DNA of 64,000 nucleotides, taken from assembly GCA_041694815.1 (NCBI GenBank), contig JBGFSC010000047.1:64001-128000 (forward strand), written 5' to 3'. Position numbers and translations under genes: made by a program. This document shows positions 9,008 to 17,480 of this stretch, one piece after another. A model generated the notes under the pieces. It worked only from the letters and a program-made list of their open reading frames with translations, was not told the origin of the DNA and searched no databases. This DNA comes from Elusimicrobiota bacterium (GTDB taxonomy: Bacteria > Elusimicrobiota > Elusimicrobia > UBA1565 > JACRDR01). Position 1 is the first letter of the stretch; every line of letters begins with the position of its first letter.

Positions 9008-9042
9008 TAGGTGCCTGGGCGAAAGTCAATCCCTGGCACCTA
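9008..9042. repeat. Imperfect inverted repeat between the GT2 stop and the cargo gene
   Basis: TAGGTGCC-T-GGG ... CCC-T-GGCACCTA. Could be a terminator or an operator. Confidence 0.35.
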
Positions 9043-9050
9043 GGCCACGC

Positions 9051-9779
9051 TTAATCGAAAACGCGGTAGCGGAGTATGGCGATAAGCACCCGGATTCCAT
9101 CGCGCCAGAAGCGGATCTTCTTGCCCTCAGCCCTTGAGCGGGCCTTATAGGAGACGGGGACTTCCTCGATGCGGCAGCCGCTTCTGACCAGTTTGGCCGA
9201 GATTTCCCAATCATAGTCGAAGCCGTCGCTCTTAAACGTGATCCGTTTGAGCCGGTCGGCCTTGAATACCTTGAACATCGTCGCCCCGTCGCTTAAGCGG
9301 GTGCCGTAGAGCAGATTAAAAAGCGTGGTGAATAAGACCCCGCCCAGGTTGACGAAGAAGCCGTAGAAGCGCTCGAGCCCCTTGAATCTCCTGAACTGCC
9401 AGTGCTGGGGTGAGGTGAGTACGCGGGAGCCGAAAACCATCTCGCAGCGCTCTTTTAGGATCGGCTCGAGCACAGCGGAATAATCGTCGGTCGAGTACTC
9501 CAGGTCCCCGTCCTGGACCAGCACCACGTCGCCGGTGACGAGCTCCAGCCCCGAACGCACGGCCGCCCCCTTGCCACGCGGACGGTCCTCGAAAACGACG
9601 CGCACCCCCTGGCGACCCTCGTAGGAGCGGACGATCTCGCGGGTGCCGTCGCTCGAGTGGCCCTCGACGATGATGATCTCTTTCTCCACCCCGTGGATTT
9701 GAGTCGCGAGCACCCGGTCCAAAAGCGCGCCCACCGTCGCTCGCTCGTTGTAAACGGGGACGATGATGGAAAACTTCAC
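9051..9779 (-). CDS. GT2, polyprenol-phosphate glycosyltransferase (DPM1/ArnC-like)
   Basis: FSIIVPVYNE, SSDGT, GKGAAVR.G, QDGDLEY, FGSR, EVPVSY.AR...GKKI. GTG overlaps the gmhA stop. Confidence 0.85.
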   Translation of the reverse strand: MKFSIIVPVYNERATVGALLDRVLATQIHGVEKEIIIVEGHSSDGTREIVRSYEGRQGVRVVFEDRPRGKGAAVRSGLELVTGDVVLVQDGDLEYSTDDYSAVLEPILKERCEMVFGSRVLTSPQHWQFRRFKGLERFYGFFVNLGGVLFTTLFNLLYGTRLSDGATMFKVFKADRLKRITFKSDGFDYDWEISAKLVRSGCRIEEVPVSYKARSRAEGKKIRFWRDGIRVLIAILRYRVFD

Positions 9780-10405
9780 CGGTGCTGCTTCAGGAAAAAG
9801 GTCAGTATGTGGCCGATGCTCAGGTGCAGGTCCTCGATGACGCCGTACTGGTCGGAGGCGACGAGTATCGGCAGCTCGACGAGGCGCTTGAGCTTGCCGC
9901 CGTCGAATCCCAAGAGGGCAGCGGTCTTGGCGCCCCGCGCCCGGGCCAGGCGGGCGGCGCGCAGCAGGTTGGGCGAGTTCCCGCTGCCGCTGACGAGGAG
10001 CACCACGTCTCCCCGGCCCACGAGATTCTCCATCTGCCGCGAGAATATCTCGTCGAAGGATAGATCGTTGCCGATGGCGGTGATGAGAGAGGTATTGTCG
10101 GCTAGGGATAGGCAGCGCAGCTGCTCGCGTCCCGGCACGGACGCCGTTTTCGAGAGGTCGGTGGCGATATGCGAGGCGGTGGCCGCCGAGCCGCCGTTTC
10201 CCATGACGAACACCGTGCGCTTCGAGCGTCGCGCGGCGAGCACCCATTCCGCAAGCCTGCCGACTCCCTCGAAATCGAGCTCCTCCCATTGGGCTAGAGC
10301 CTGGTTGCGGTACCAGCGGGCAAAGCCCTCGGGCGAAAGCCCCCCAGGCCCGGTCTTGTGGATACGGCCGGGCAGAGTCCCTCGAATCCTGTTATTGGCT
10401 GACAT
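9776..10405 (-). CDS. gmhA: Sedoheptulose-7-phosphate isomerase (SIS domain)
   Basis: GNGGSAATASH, TAIGND, SGSGNSPN, EDLH motifs; heptose gene context. Confidence 0.85.
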   Translation of the reverse strand: MSANNRIRGTLPGRIHKTGPGGLSPEGFARWYRNQALAQWEELDFEGVGRLAEWVLAARRSKRTVFVMGNGGSAATASHIATDLSKTASVPGREQLRCLSLADNTSLITAIGNDLSFDEIFSRQMENLVGRGDVVLLVSGSGNSPNLLRAARLARARGAKTAALLGFDGGKLKRLVELPILVASDQYGVIEDLHLSIGHILTFFLKQHR

Positions 10406-11363
10406 AGATGATTTTGGAGCCCTCCGGCTCGAAGCGGAACGGGATCTCGCGCCAGCCGCGCAGCACGCGCACGACCTTGGCCCGCTTGGCCGGCGGGCAG
10501 AAGAGCAGGAGGAACCCTCCGCCCCCCGCGCCGAGTATCTTGCCCCCCACGGCCCCGGCGCGCCGGGCCGCCTGGTAGGCCGCGTCGATGTGCGGCGTGC
10601 TGATGCCTCCGGCGAGGCTTTTCTTGAGTTCCCAGCCCTCGCGCAGCGTCTCGCCGACGGCCTCGACGCGCCCTGCCTGCAGCTCGCGACGCAGGGACTC
10701 CGCCTGGCGGCGCATGGCCTCGAGCGTCTCCTCATGCGCCTTGTACTGCGCCCGCGCGCGGCGCAACAACGGTGCCGCCCGTCGGGTGACGCCGGAGTAC
10801 AGCAGCGCGAGGTGCTCGCCCAGGCGCTGGAAGGTACGCACCGGGCAGATTAGGGGATCGACGCGCACGCTCTCGTCCGGCATGAACTCCATGAATTGGA
10901 AGCCGCCGTAGGCGGCGATGTACTGGTCCTGCTTGCCGATGGGCTCCTTGAGCCGCTCGATTTCAACTTCGCAGGCCTCGCGGGCCAGTTGCTCGGCCGT
11001 CCTAAACTCTCCCTTGAAGGCGTGCAGGGCGTGGAGCACGCCCACCGTAAAGCTCGAGGAGGATCCCAGCCCCGTCCCGCCGACCACGTCGGCCATCGAG
11101 GTGATCTCCACGCCCTTTTCGATGCCCGCTTTGCGCAGGCATTCCCGCAGCAGGGGGTGCTGCACCTCGTCGACCTTCGACACGAGCTCGGTGCGCGAAT
11201 ACTTCAGGATGATATGGTCGTCGAAATAGCGGTTGACCGTTACGTACATGTACTTGTCGATAGCGGTCGACACCACCGCCCCGGCCGAGCTGCGGTAGAA
11301 TTCGGCCAGATCCGTGCCGCCGCCGGCGAAGCTCACCCGAAACGGCGTCCTCGAAATAATCAT
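10392..11363 (-). CDS. hddA: D-glycero-alpha-D-manno-heptose-7-phosphate kinase (GHMP family)
   Basis: MIISRTPFRVSFAGGGTD, GTGLGSSS, GKQDQY, GGKILGAGGGGF. Confidence 0.88.
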   Translation of the reverse strand: MIISRTPFRVSFAGGGTDLAEFYRSSAGAVVSTAIDKYMYVTVNRYFDDHIILKYSRTELVSKVDEVQHPLLRECLRKAGIEKGVEITSMADVVGGTGLGSSSSFTVGVLHALHAFKGEFRTAEQLAREACEVEIERLKEPIGKQDQYIAAYGGFQFMEFMPDESVRVDPLICPVRTFQRLGEHLALLYSGVTRRAAPLLRRARAQYKAHEETLEAMRRQAESLRRELQAGRVEAVGETLREGWELKKSLAGGISTPHIDAAYQAARRAGAVGGKILGAGGGGFLLLFCPPAKRAKVVRVLRGWREIPFRFEPEGSKIIYVSQ

Positions 11364-12628
11364 GCCCGCGCCGTCCGTCGACTGTCTTCGATCACCCATT
11401 CGGCGGCACGCAGCACGTCATCGCAGATGCTGTCGGGCTTGGCCGGGAAGCGGCCGTCCTTGCCGGCGTTTCCCGTGCGCACAAGGACGGCGCGGCAGCC
11501 CGCGTTGCGGGCGGTTTGGATGTCGCGGGTCGAGTCGCCGATGAAATAGGACCGGGAGATGTCGATGCCCAGCCGCCGCGCCGCCGCGCCGAGCATTCCC
11601 GTCTTGGGCTTGCGGCAATCACAGTCGCGCCGGTAGCGGGGGTCGCTGGCCTCCGGGTGATGCGTCTCGGGGTGGTGCGGGCAGTAGTAAAGGGCGTCTA
11701 GCTCGGCCCCGCCTTCCTTGAGCAGGGCCTTGAGCCGCTCATGGATGCGGCCGAGCCCTTCCTCGTCGACGAGCCCCCGGGCGACCACCGGCTGATTGGT
11801 CGCGAGCACGACCAGCGCCCCAGCCTCGCGCAACCGGCGCACCGCCTCGGCGGCGCCGGGGAGCAGGCGCAGGTCCTCCGGCCGTGACACTAGCCCGAGA
11901 TCGTCGGTGAGCACGCCGTCGCGGTCGAGGAAGGCGGCCCATTTGCGGCTGCGCGCGAAGGATTCGGCGCGCTCCGGAGTGCCGATGTCGACGATCTCCT
12001 CGCCGCAGCGGTAGGCCATTAGCTCCAGCCCCTGCGCGAGCGCCGCGGGAAAAATGTCGCGCCCGAAATCGCTGGGGGCATCCTTGGGGACCAGCTCGAG
12101 CAGACTCGGACGAAGCACCCAAACAGCGGCGCAGGCCAAGTTCTCGAAGGCCTCGCCGGGGGCGGCCCGAAAGAAAGCGGTGATTCGGTCACCCTCGGTC
12201 CGGACCAGGTCGGAATCGAGTGGGTGCCCGCTGGGATGGACAACGAGGGTGGCGGCGGCGGCGTGGCTTTCATGGAAGCGCAGCAGCTTGGCGCAGTCGA
12301 GGGCGACATAGAGGTCTCCATAGACGACAAGTACGTCGCTCGAGAGCCCCAAATCGCGCACCGCGCCGGCCGTCCCCCGCGGCTCCTTTTCGACCTGGTA
12401 GCGAAGCTTGAGCCCCCAGCGTGAGCCGTCGCCGCAGTGCGAACGGATCATCTCGGCCTTGTAACCGAGGCACAGGCATACGTCCCGCACGCCAGAGCTC
12501 TGGAGCCACTCCAATTGATGCTCGAGCAACGGCTTGCCGGCGAGCGGCAGCATGGGCTTGGGAACCTGGTCGGTCGCCGGGCGCATGCGAACGCCGCGGC
12601 CGCCGGCTACGATGGCCGCTGGCAGCAT
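11360..12628 (-). CDS. Fused heptose-1-P guanylyltransferase (HddC-like) and heptose bisphosphate phosphatase (GmhB-like)
   Basis: N-terminal half AGGRGVRM...PKPM...GTAGA...YGD. C-terminal half FLDRDGV, TNQ, CPHHP...CDCRKP, IGDS. Alternative start at 12640. Confidence 0.85.
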   Translation of the reverse strand: MLPAAIVAGGRGVRMRPATDQVPKPMLPLAGKPLLEHQLEWLQSSGVRDVCLCLGYKAEMIRSHCGDGSRWGLKLRYQVEKEPRGTAGAVRDLGLSSDVLVVYGDLYVALDCAKLLRFHESHAAAATLVVHPSGHPLDSDLVRTEGDRITAFFRAAPGEAFENLACAAVWVLRPSLLELVPKDAPSDFGRDIFPAALAQGLELMAYRCGEEIVDIGTPERAESFARSRKWAAFLDRDGVLTDDLGLVSRPEDLRLLPGAAEAVRRLREAGALVVLATNQPVVARGLVDEEGLGRIHERLKALLKEGGAELDALYYCPHHPETHHPEASDPRYRRDCDCRKPKTGMLGAAARRLGIDISRSYFIGDSTRDIQTARNAGCRAVLVRTGNAGKDGRFPAKPDSICDDVLRAAEWVIEDSRRTARA

Positions 12629-12648
12629 TCCGGAACCCATCTTAGCAA

Positions 12649-14301
12649 TTAAGGAGTGGGCGGGGGCAGAACCATCGGCCTTTCTGGTTTTAACTCCGAG
12701 CGCTGCAGCTCCACTTCCTGGAGCAGCAGGCTGGGGTTCACCGTGGAGGTCGGCAAGGATCCCGACGCATGTTCCGAGAGGGAGTCAGTAACTTCGAAAT
12801 CGTCGCCGGCCGCGAGTATGCGGCCCGCCAGATCGAGCGGAGTGCCGACCAAGTCGAGATCGCGGACGAGAGTCTGCCGCCCGCTGTCGGTCTCGACGAG
12901 GTAAACGCGCGTCGGGACCAAGCGCAGGGCTTGCTGCTGCCCAGTCTTATCCTGCTGCCTCCAGCTGCGCACTCCCTGGATGTAGACCCCGTACGGCTTG
13001 CCGCGGCGGCGGCATTCCTCACGCAAGAGTTCCAGCAGGTGGGGCTTGGAAAGAGGCCGATTCGAACGGAGAAATAGATTACCCGCCCGGCCCGTCGGCA
13101 TCAGGCCGGGCGCCGCGCGCCCATGCCCGTTGGAGCGGCCGAATCCAATGACAGGGTGCCGCGAGAGCAGAAAGCCGCGCAATACCCCATTCTCCACTAA
13201 TACGGTTCTGCGCGGCTCCACGCCTTCCTCGTCGACGTGATAATGCCCGAGCAGGGCGCGTCCTCGGAATTCACGCAGGGTCGGATCGTCCTCGAGACTG
13301 AGGAATGGCGGCATCACCGCCTTGCCCAATTTGTCGCGGAATGTCTGGGCCCCATCCGGATCGCGCTGCTGCTCGCCCGAAAGCCGCAGGGCGAAGGCCT
13401 GCAGGACGGCGGCCCCCACGGACGGGTCGAGCAGGGCGGGGGCGTTGAAGGGAGACGTGGAAGAAGCCTCCGTGAGGGCGGCCATGTCTTCGGCCATGGC
13501 CTGGATCTCGGCGGAAAGTCGTTCTCCCTGGGGCAGGCCCGAGGCGTCACGGGCCATGTAGGAACGCGCTAGTTTCGTACGCATGCCCTCGGGGCTCAGG
13601 CCTTCCGCCTCCAGCTGCAAACGGAACCAAGAATCCCCATAGCGCACACGGCTTCCCTCGGAATCGATGTGCAGGTTGCCCAACGCCTGCCAGCTGAGCT
13701 CGGCCTGGGAATCGAGCACGTGTGTCCTGCCGGCCAAACCTCGCGACGCCTCCAGGCACGCCTGCCGGCCCGCCCCCTCGAAGGCCTCCCGCTCGCGCTC
13801 GAGATCCGGCCTTGGGAAATCACGGCGCAGCGGCGTCTGGCGGCTGCGGTCATCGGTGTCGTATTCCGTCGGCCCACGGCGCACGCGCAACGCCTGCTTG
13901 CGCAGCAGGGCCGCCGCGGCCTTCTTGTATTCCGCGTCCAGGTGGAACCACGTGAAGTGCCTTACGGAAAGTTCGTCCGCCCCGTCGGGCATCTCGCGTC
14001 CCTTGAAACCCTCCGAGGCGCCTAAGGGATGGTTATCGAGCTCGTAGCCGCCAACCCGCAGCTCGGGCGTCAACAGGCGCTGGCGGCTGGCGGCGGAGCT
14101 TTTCAATCCTCCCGCCGAGCAGCGATGCTCGCCCGAGAGCACGTCGGACACTCGAAGCCCGATGTAATACGGAAGTGGGTATCCCTCCTGCCGCAGCGAG
14201 CTCGTCGAGCGGGCGATCTCGCGCGCGAGGGCTTCCTCCAGATCCGCGGAGGCAGGAGCGGCCAGCACGCAGCAGAGCAAGAAGGAGAGGCTACTTCTCA
14301 T
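12649..14301 (-). CDS. TldE/PmbA-like non-catalytic partner, with signal peptide
   Basis: Paralogue of the upstream TldD (DDPT...G.Y..D.EGV...SNGHGRA) but has LQAFAL in place of HExxGH. N-terminus MRSSLSFLLCCVLAAPASA. Confidence 0.8.
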   Translation of the reverse strand: MRSSLSFLLCCVLAAPASADLEEALAREIARSTSSLRQEGYPLPYYIGLRVSDVLSGEHRCSAGGLKSSAASRQRLLTPELRVGGYELDNHPLGASEGFKGREMPDGADELSVRHFTWFHLDAEYKKAAAALLRKQALRVRRGPTEYDTDDRSRQTPLRRDFPRPDLEREREAFEGAGRQACLEASRGLAGRTHVLDSQAELSWQALGNLHIDSEGSRVRYGDSWFRLQLEAEGLSPEGMRTKLARSYMARDASGLPQGERLSAEIQAMAEDMAALTEASSTSPFNAPALLDPSVGAAVLQAFALRLSGEQQRDPDGAQTFRDKLGKAVMPPFLSLEDDPTLREFRGRALLGHYHVDEEGVEPRRTVLVENGVLRGFLLSRHPVIGFGRSNGHGRAAPGLMPTGRAGNLFLRSNRPLSKPHLLELLREECRRRGKPYGVYIQGVRSWRQQDKTGQQQALRLVPTRVYLVETDSGRQTLVRDLDLVGTPLDLAGRILAAGDDFEVTDSLSEHASGSLPTSTVNPSLLLQEVELQRSELKPERPMVLPPPTP

Positions 14302-15949
14302 GGAACGGAGAGGGAAGGAGGGGTGGGCGCGAGCGCTCCTCGGGCAGGCGCTGCAGCTCCACCTCCGACAACAGCAGGCTCGGGGCGATCTGGTTGACGG
14401 CGACCGAGCCCGATTCGGCGCCGCAATTGAACGGATTGGAGAGCTTGCTGTCGTCTCCGGCGGAAAGTATCCGGCTGAGCACCACGAGGGGGGTGCCCAC
14501 CATCTTAACGCCGCGCACGGGCGTCTCCTCGCCCGTCTTAGCGTCTACGCGGAACACCAGCCGCGGGCGAACCTCCAAGGTTTGCGCCGCGCGACGGTTG
14601 TTAGGGTTCTCGCCGCCGGAGGAGCCAACCAGCCGCAGGCCGTATGGTTTTCCCCGCGCACGGCAGAGGGCCATCAGGCGGCGCTTGAGCTCCGCGGGGC
14701 TGACGGGCTCATGCGGGATCACCATCAAGTTCCCCATCCGCCCGCTCGCATGATGCACCGCGTCGGCACGCCCGTGCCCGTTGGAGCGCGCAAAGCCACG
14801 GATCGGCCAGCGGGACATGAGGAAATTCCTCAGAACGCCGCGCTCTACGAGCGTCACGCGCTGTGCGGGCACTCCCTCGTCGTCGTAGGTGTAATGCCCG
14901 TGCAGGGCCTGTCCGTGGAACTCCTCGAGAGTGGGGTCGTCGACCACACTCAAGAACGGGGGCAGGATGGTCGAGCCCACCTGATCGCGGAATACCTGGC
15001 TCTCGTTCGGATCCCTCTGCCTCTGGCCCTCGAGCTTATGCCCGAGGGCCTCGTGGAAAAATACCCCGGCGAACTCGGGGTCCATGATGGCGGGAGCCGA
15101 GAACGGGGCTTGGACCGGGGCCTGCCTCGCGGCAGAGAGCTCCGCGGCCAAGGTGTCGACTTCCCGCTCCAAAGCCGCCGTCGCGGGAAGCTCGGAAGCC
15201 TCGCGCACCGTCCACGCGCGGCGATTATCTAGGCGCATGCCATCGGCCGCGCGCGTCCAAGCGCTGAGCACGAACAATAACGGCGTATGCTCGCTCGGTG
15301 CCGCGATGCGGGTCCCCTCGCTGGTAAGCAGGTAGCGCCGCGAACGGCTCAGCGAAGCGAAGGCGTAGCTGCCGTAGACGAACGGGTAGCGTTTGAAGCG
15401 CGCACTGGCGGCCTCCAAGGCAGGCCGTAGCGAGTCGATATCGGCCTCGGGAGCCTGCGGCAGGAAGGCCTCGCTCGGGGGCTCCGCGGAAAAATCGTCC
15501 AAGCGCTCGCGGTCGAGCTCCGTGGCCTTGCGGGCCTTCTTGTCGAGATAATCGGCCACGGCTGATTTATAGGATTCGTCGGTAAGTTGCCAGAGCTGGT
15601 GGCGCAGCACGCCGGCATCTATCGAGGCGGGACCCGATCGCCCATGGTAGCTGAGGTCGGTGTTATCGAAAGCGGGAGAGCCAAAGCGCGTCTCCACGTA
15701 GAGCGTGCGGTCGCGTTCTACGCCGCCGCGCAGCTGGGCCCCGAGCGCGTAGACCAGGCGTTGGGAACTCTCATCGCTTAAGCGGTAAGCGATGAAATAA
15801 GGAGGGCCGAAGGAGTCCAAGCGCAGGCGCTCGATCGATCGATCCATCTCCGCGCGCATCGCTGAGAAGATCGCGAGGTCGGCGGCCGTCGGCGTGGAAG
15901 CGGCCGAGGCCGGGCAGGCCAGGACCGCGATGAGGAACGCGAGGCGCAT
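14291..15949 (-). CDS. tldD: TldD-family metalloprotease, with signal peptide
   Basis: FHEALGHKLEG zinc motif, DDPT, YDDEG, NGHGR, RMGN and the C-terminal CG.ESG Cys ligand. N-terminus MRLAFLIAVLACPASA. Confidence 0.85.
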   Translation of the reverse strand: MRLAFLIAVLACPASAASTPTAADLAIFSAMRAEMDRSIERLRLDSFGPPYFIAYRLSDESSQRLVYALGAQLRGGVERDRTLYVETRFGSPAFDNTDLSYHGRSGPASIDAGVLRHQLWQLTDESYKSAVADYLDKKARKATELDRERLDDFSAEPPSEAFLPQAPEADIDSLRPALEAASARFKRYPFVYGSYAFASLSRSRRYLLTSEGTRIAAPSEHTPLLFVLSAWTRAADGMRLDNRRAWTVREASELPATAALEREVDTLAAELSAARQAPVQAPFSAPAIMDPEFAGVFFHEALGHKLEGQRQRDPNESQVFRDQVGSTILPPFLSVVDDPTLEEFHGQALHGHYTYDDEGVPAQRVTLVERGVLRNFLMSRWPIRGFARSNGHGRADAVHHASGRMGNLMVIPHEPVSPAELKRRLMALCRARGKPYGLRLVGSSGGENPNNRRAAQTLEVRPRLVFRVDAKTGEETPVRGVKMVGTPLVVLSRILSAGDDSKLSNPFNCGAESGSVAVNQIAPSLLLSEVELQRLPEERSRPPLLPSPFHEK

Positions 15950-15952
15950 GAC

Positions 15953-17332
15953 TTACTCTACCAAATAAAGCGTTCTGCCCTCGGCGACGGCCCTCGGAGC
16001 CATGCGCAGCGGCAGAGAGAAGGGGCGCCAATCGGGAGGTAGGCGTTCGGGCACCACGGCCACCGGCTCGCCCGAGCGACGCAGGGCATCGATACGCTTG
16101 GCCAGCGAGGCCCGGTCGTGGTAGCGCAGGCTGAGCGTCTTGCGGTGGGCGAAATAGGGGACGTAGACGCGGTCGACCCCTTCGGCTAGAATCCAAGTAT
16201 CCTCACTAGTCTCGCGCCCGACCCAAAGACTGTATTGCAGATCGGCGTTGAGCGCAGGATCCGCGCCCGGACGTATCACACGGGCCCAGTTCCATAAGCC
16301 CAAGGCCGCCGCGGCTAGGCACGCGAGTAGCGGGGCCCGGTCGAAGGGGAGGCCGGAGAGGCCCAACGCGATCAAAAGCCACAACGGCGCCAGGTCGCTG
16401 TAGCGGTAGACAACGGTTCCCGACTCCCAGGAAAGATAGAGCAAGGCGTAGCCTGCCAGCCAGGCCACGGCGAGTCGGACGGGCTTAGATCCCAGCCCCC
16501 CCTTGATCGCTCCCCATGCCGCCAGGCACCAACCGAGCGCGCCCGCCCAGACGCCGGCGCCGAAAAGCTGCAGCGAGCGCGTTAGCCAAGTGAGTAGGTT
16601 GGGCATCGAATAGCCGCCATGCCAGTCGAATTGGCGGTCGACCGTGAGCGCCGCGCTGCCCAAAAGCCATACCCGAAGCTCCTCCCACGAGCCTGGCCGC
16701 ATGATGAACGCGCCCGCCGCGAGATACGCCGCGCCTACGGTGGAACCGAGGGCCAGGAGGTATCGCCGCCGGGCGCAGGTATCCTTAAGCAGCCAAATCG
16801 CCGCCGGAGCGAGCATCAAATGCCCCACATGCCCCAGGACGGCGCCAGCCTGGAGCAGCCCGATTATGATGGGCCTCTGGCTTGGCCGCAACAGCTCTAC
16901 CGCGGCGCAGAACGCGAAAAAGGCGCCCAGGGGATAGACCTGCGCCTCCAGCGACCAGCGCCAGTAGACATCCGACACCGCCAGACACGCGGCGACGCAC
17001 GCTGAGAATCGCCGGTCAAAGCCAGAGCGGCGCATCATGAGGAAAAAAGCTCCCACCCCCGCCGCTCCCAGAAGGGAGCTCAATGCCTGCAGCGAGAGGA
17101 GCGCCGGCCCCGAGTACCCCAAGATCTTCCAGAATTCGAAGAAGAGCCAGCCTAAGAATCCGTAGGCGAGATGGTTGCCGTGCACGAGATGCTTGAGATC
17201 CCCCAACTCCACGGCGATGGCGCAGGCCACCCCGTCGTAATTGTAACGGGCGGCCGGGAAACTCAAGTACAGTCCCGCCACTAGCACGAAGAGGAGCGCG
17301 GCCCAACGGACGGGCCGGTCTAGCGGAGACAC
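15953..17332 (-). CDS. GT-C-like polytopic membrane protein
   Basis: TM1 followed by YNYDG..., H..HLAY and W..SLEAQVY motifs, multiple TM segments and a soluble C-terminal domain. Start uncertain (GTG 17332). Confidence 0.65.
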   Translation of the reverse strand: MSPLDRPVRWAALLFVLVAGLYLSFPAARYNYDGVACAIAVELGDLKHLVHGNHLAYGFLGWLFFEFWKILGYSGPALLSLQALSSLLGAAGVGAFFLMMRRSGFDRRFSACVAACLAVSDVYWRWSLEAQVYPLGAFFAFCAAVELLRPSQRPIIIGLLQAGAVLGHVGHLMLAPAAIWLLKDTCARRRYLLALGSTVGAAYLAAGAFIMRPGSWEELRVWLLGSAALTVDRQFDWHGGYSMPNLLTWLTRSLQLFGAGVWAGALGWCLAAWGAIKGGLGSKPVRLAVAWLAGYALLYLSWESGTVVYRYSDLAPLWLLIALGLSGLPFDRAPLLACLAAAALGLWNWARVIRPGADPALNADLQYSLWVGRETSEDTWILAEGVDRVYVPYFAHRKTLSLRYHDRASLAKRIDALRRSGEPVAVVPERLPPDWRPFSLPLRMAPRAVAEGRTLYLVE

Positions 17333-17372
17333 CGTCGAATTTCGCGACCTGGATGAATCGCGACCCCGTCGA

Positions 17373-17480
17373 TCATGTAGCAAGCGCGCGGCGATACCAG
17401 GCGATGGTCGCGCGCAGGACGCGGTCGGTCATCTCGGAGAGGCGGGTGCCCATGCCCCCCGCCAGGATGGCGACTTTCAT
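17373..17480 (-). pseudogene. 35-aa chimeric remnant: RfbF-like N-terminus fused to an NDP-sugar dehydratase/epimerase C-terminus
   Basis: Manual translation MKVAILAGGMGTRLSEMTDRVLRATIAWYRRALAT*. ATG overlaps the upstream TGA. Confidence 0.75.

Noticed and set aside
9780..10289. N-terminal extensions in the ORF track (e.g. the 412-aa GT2, 585-aa flavoprotein, 633-aa GT4, 450-aa PilN, 504-aa Uxs, 955-aa BamA)
   Set aside because: The extensions overlap upstream genes in another frame and are Arg/Gly/Pro-rich noise. Family motifs begin at downstream starts that mostly overlap the previous stop.
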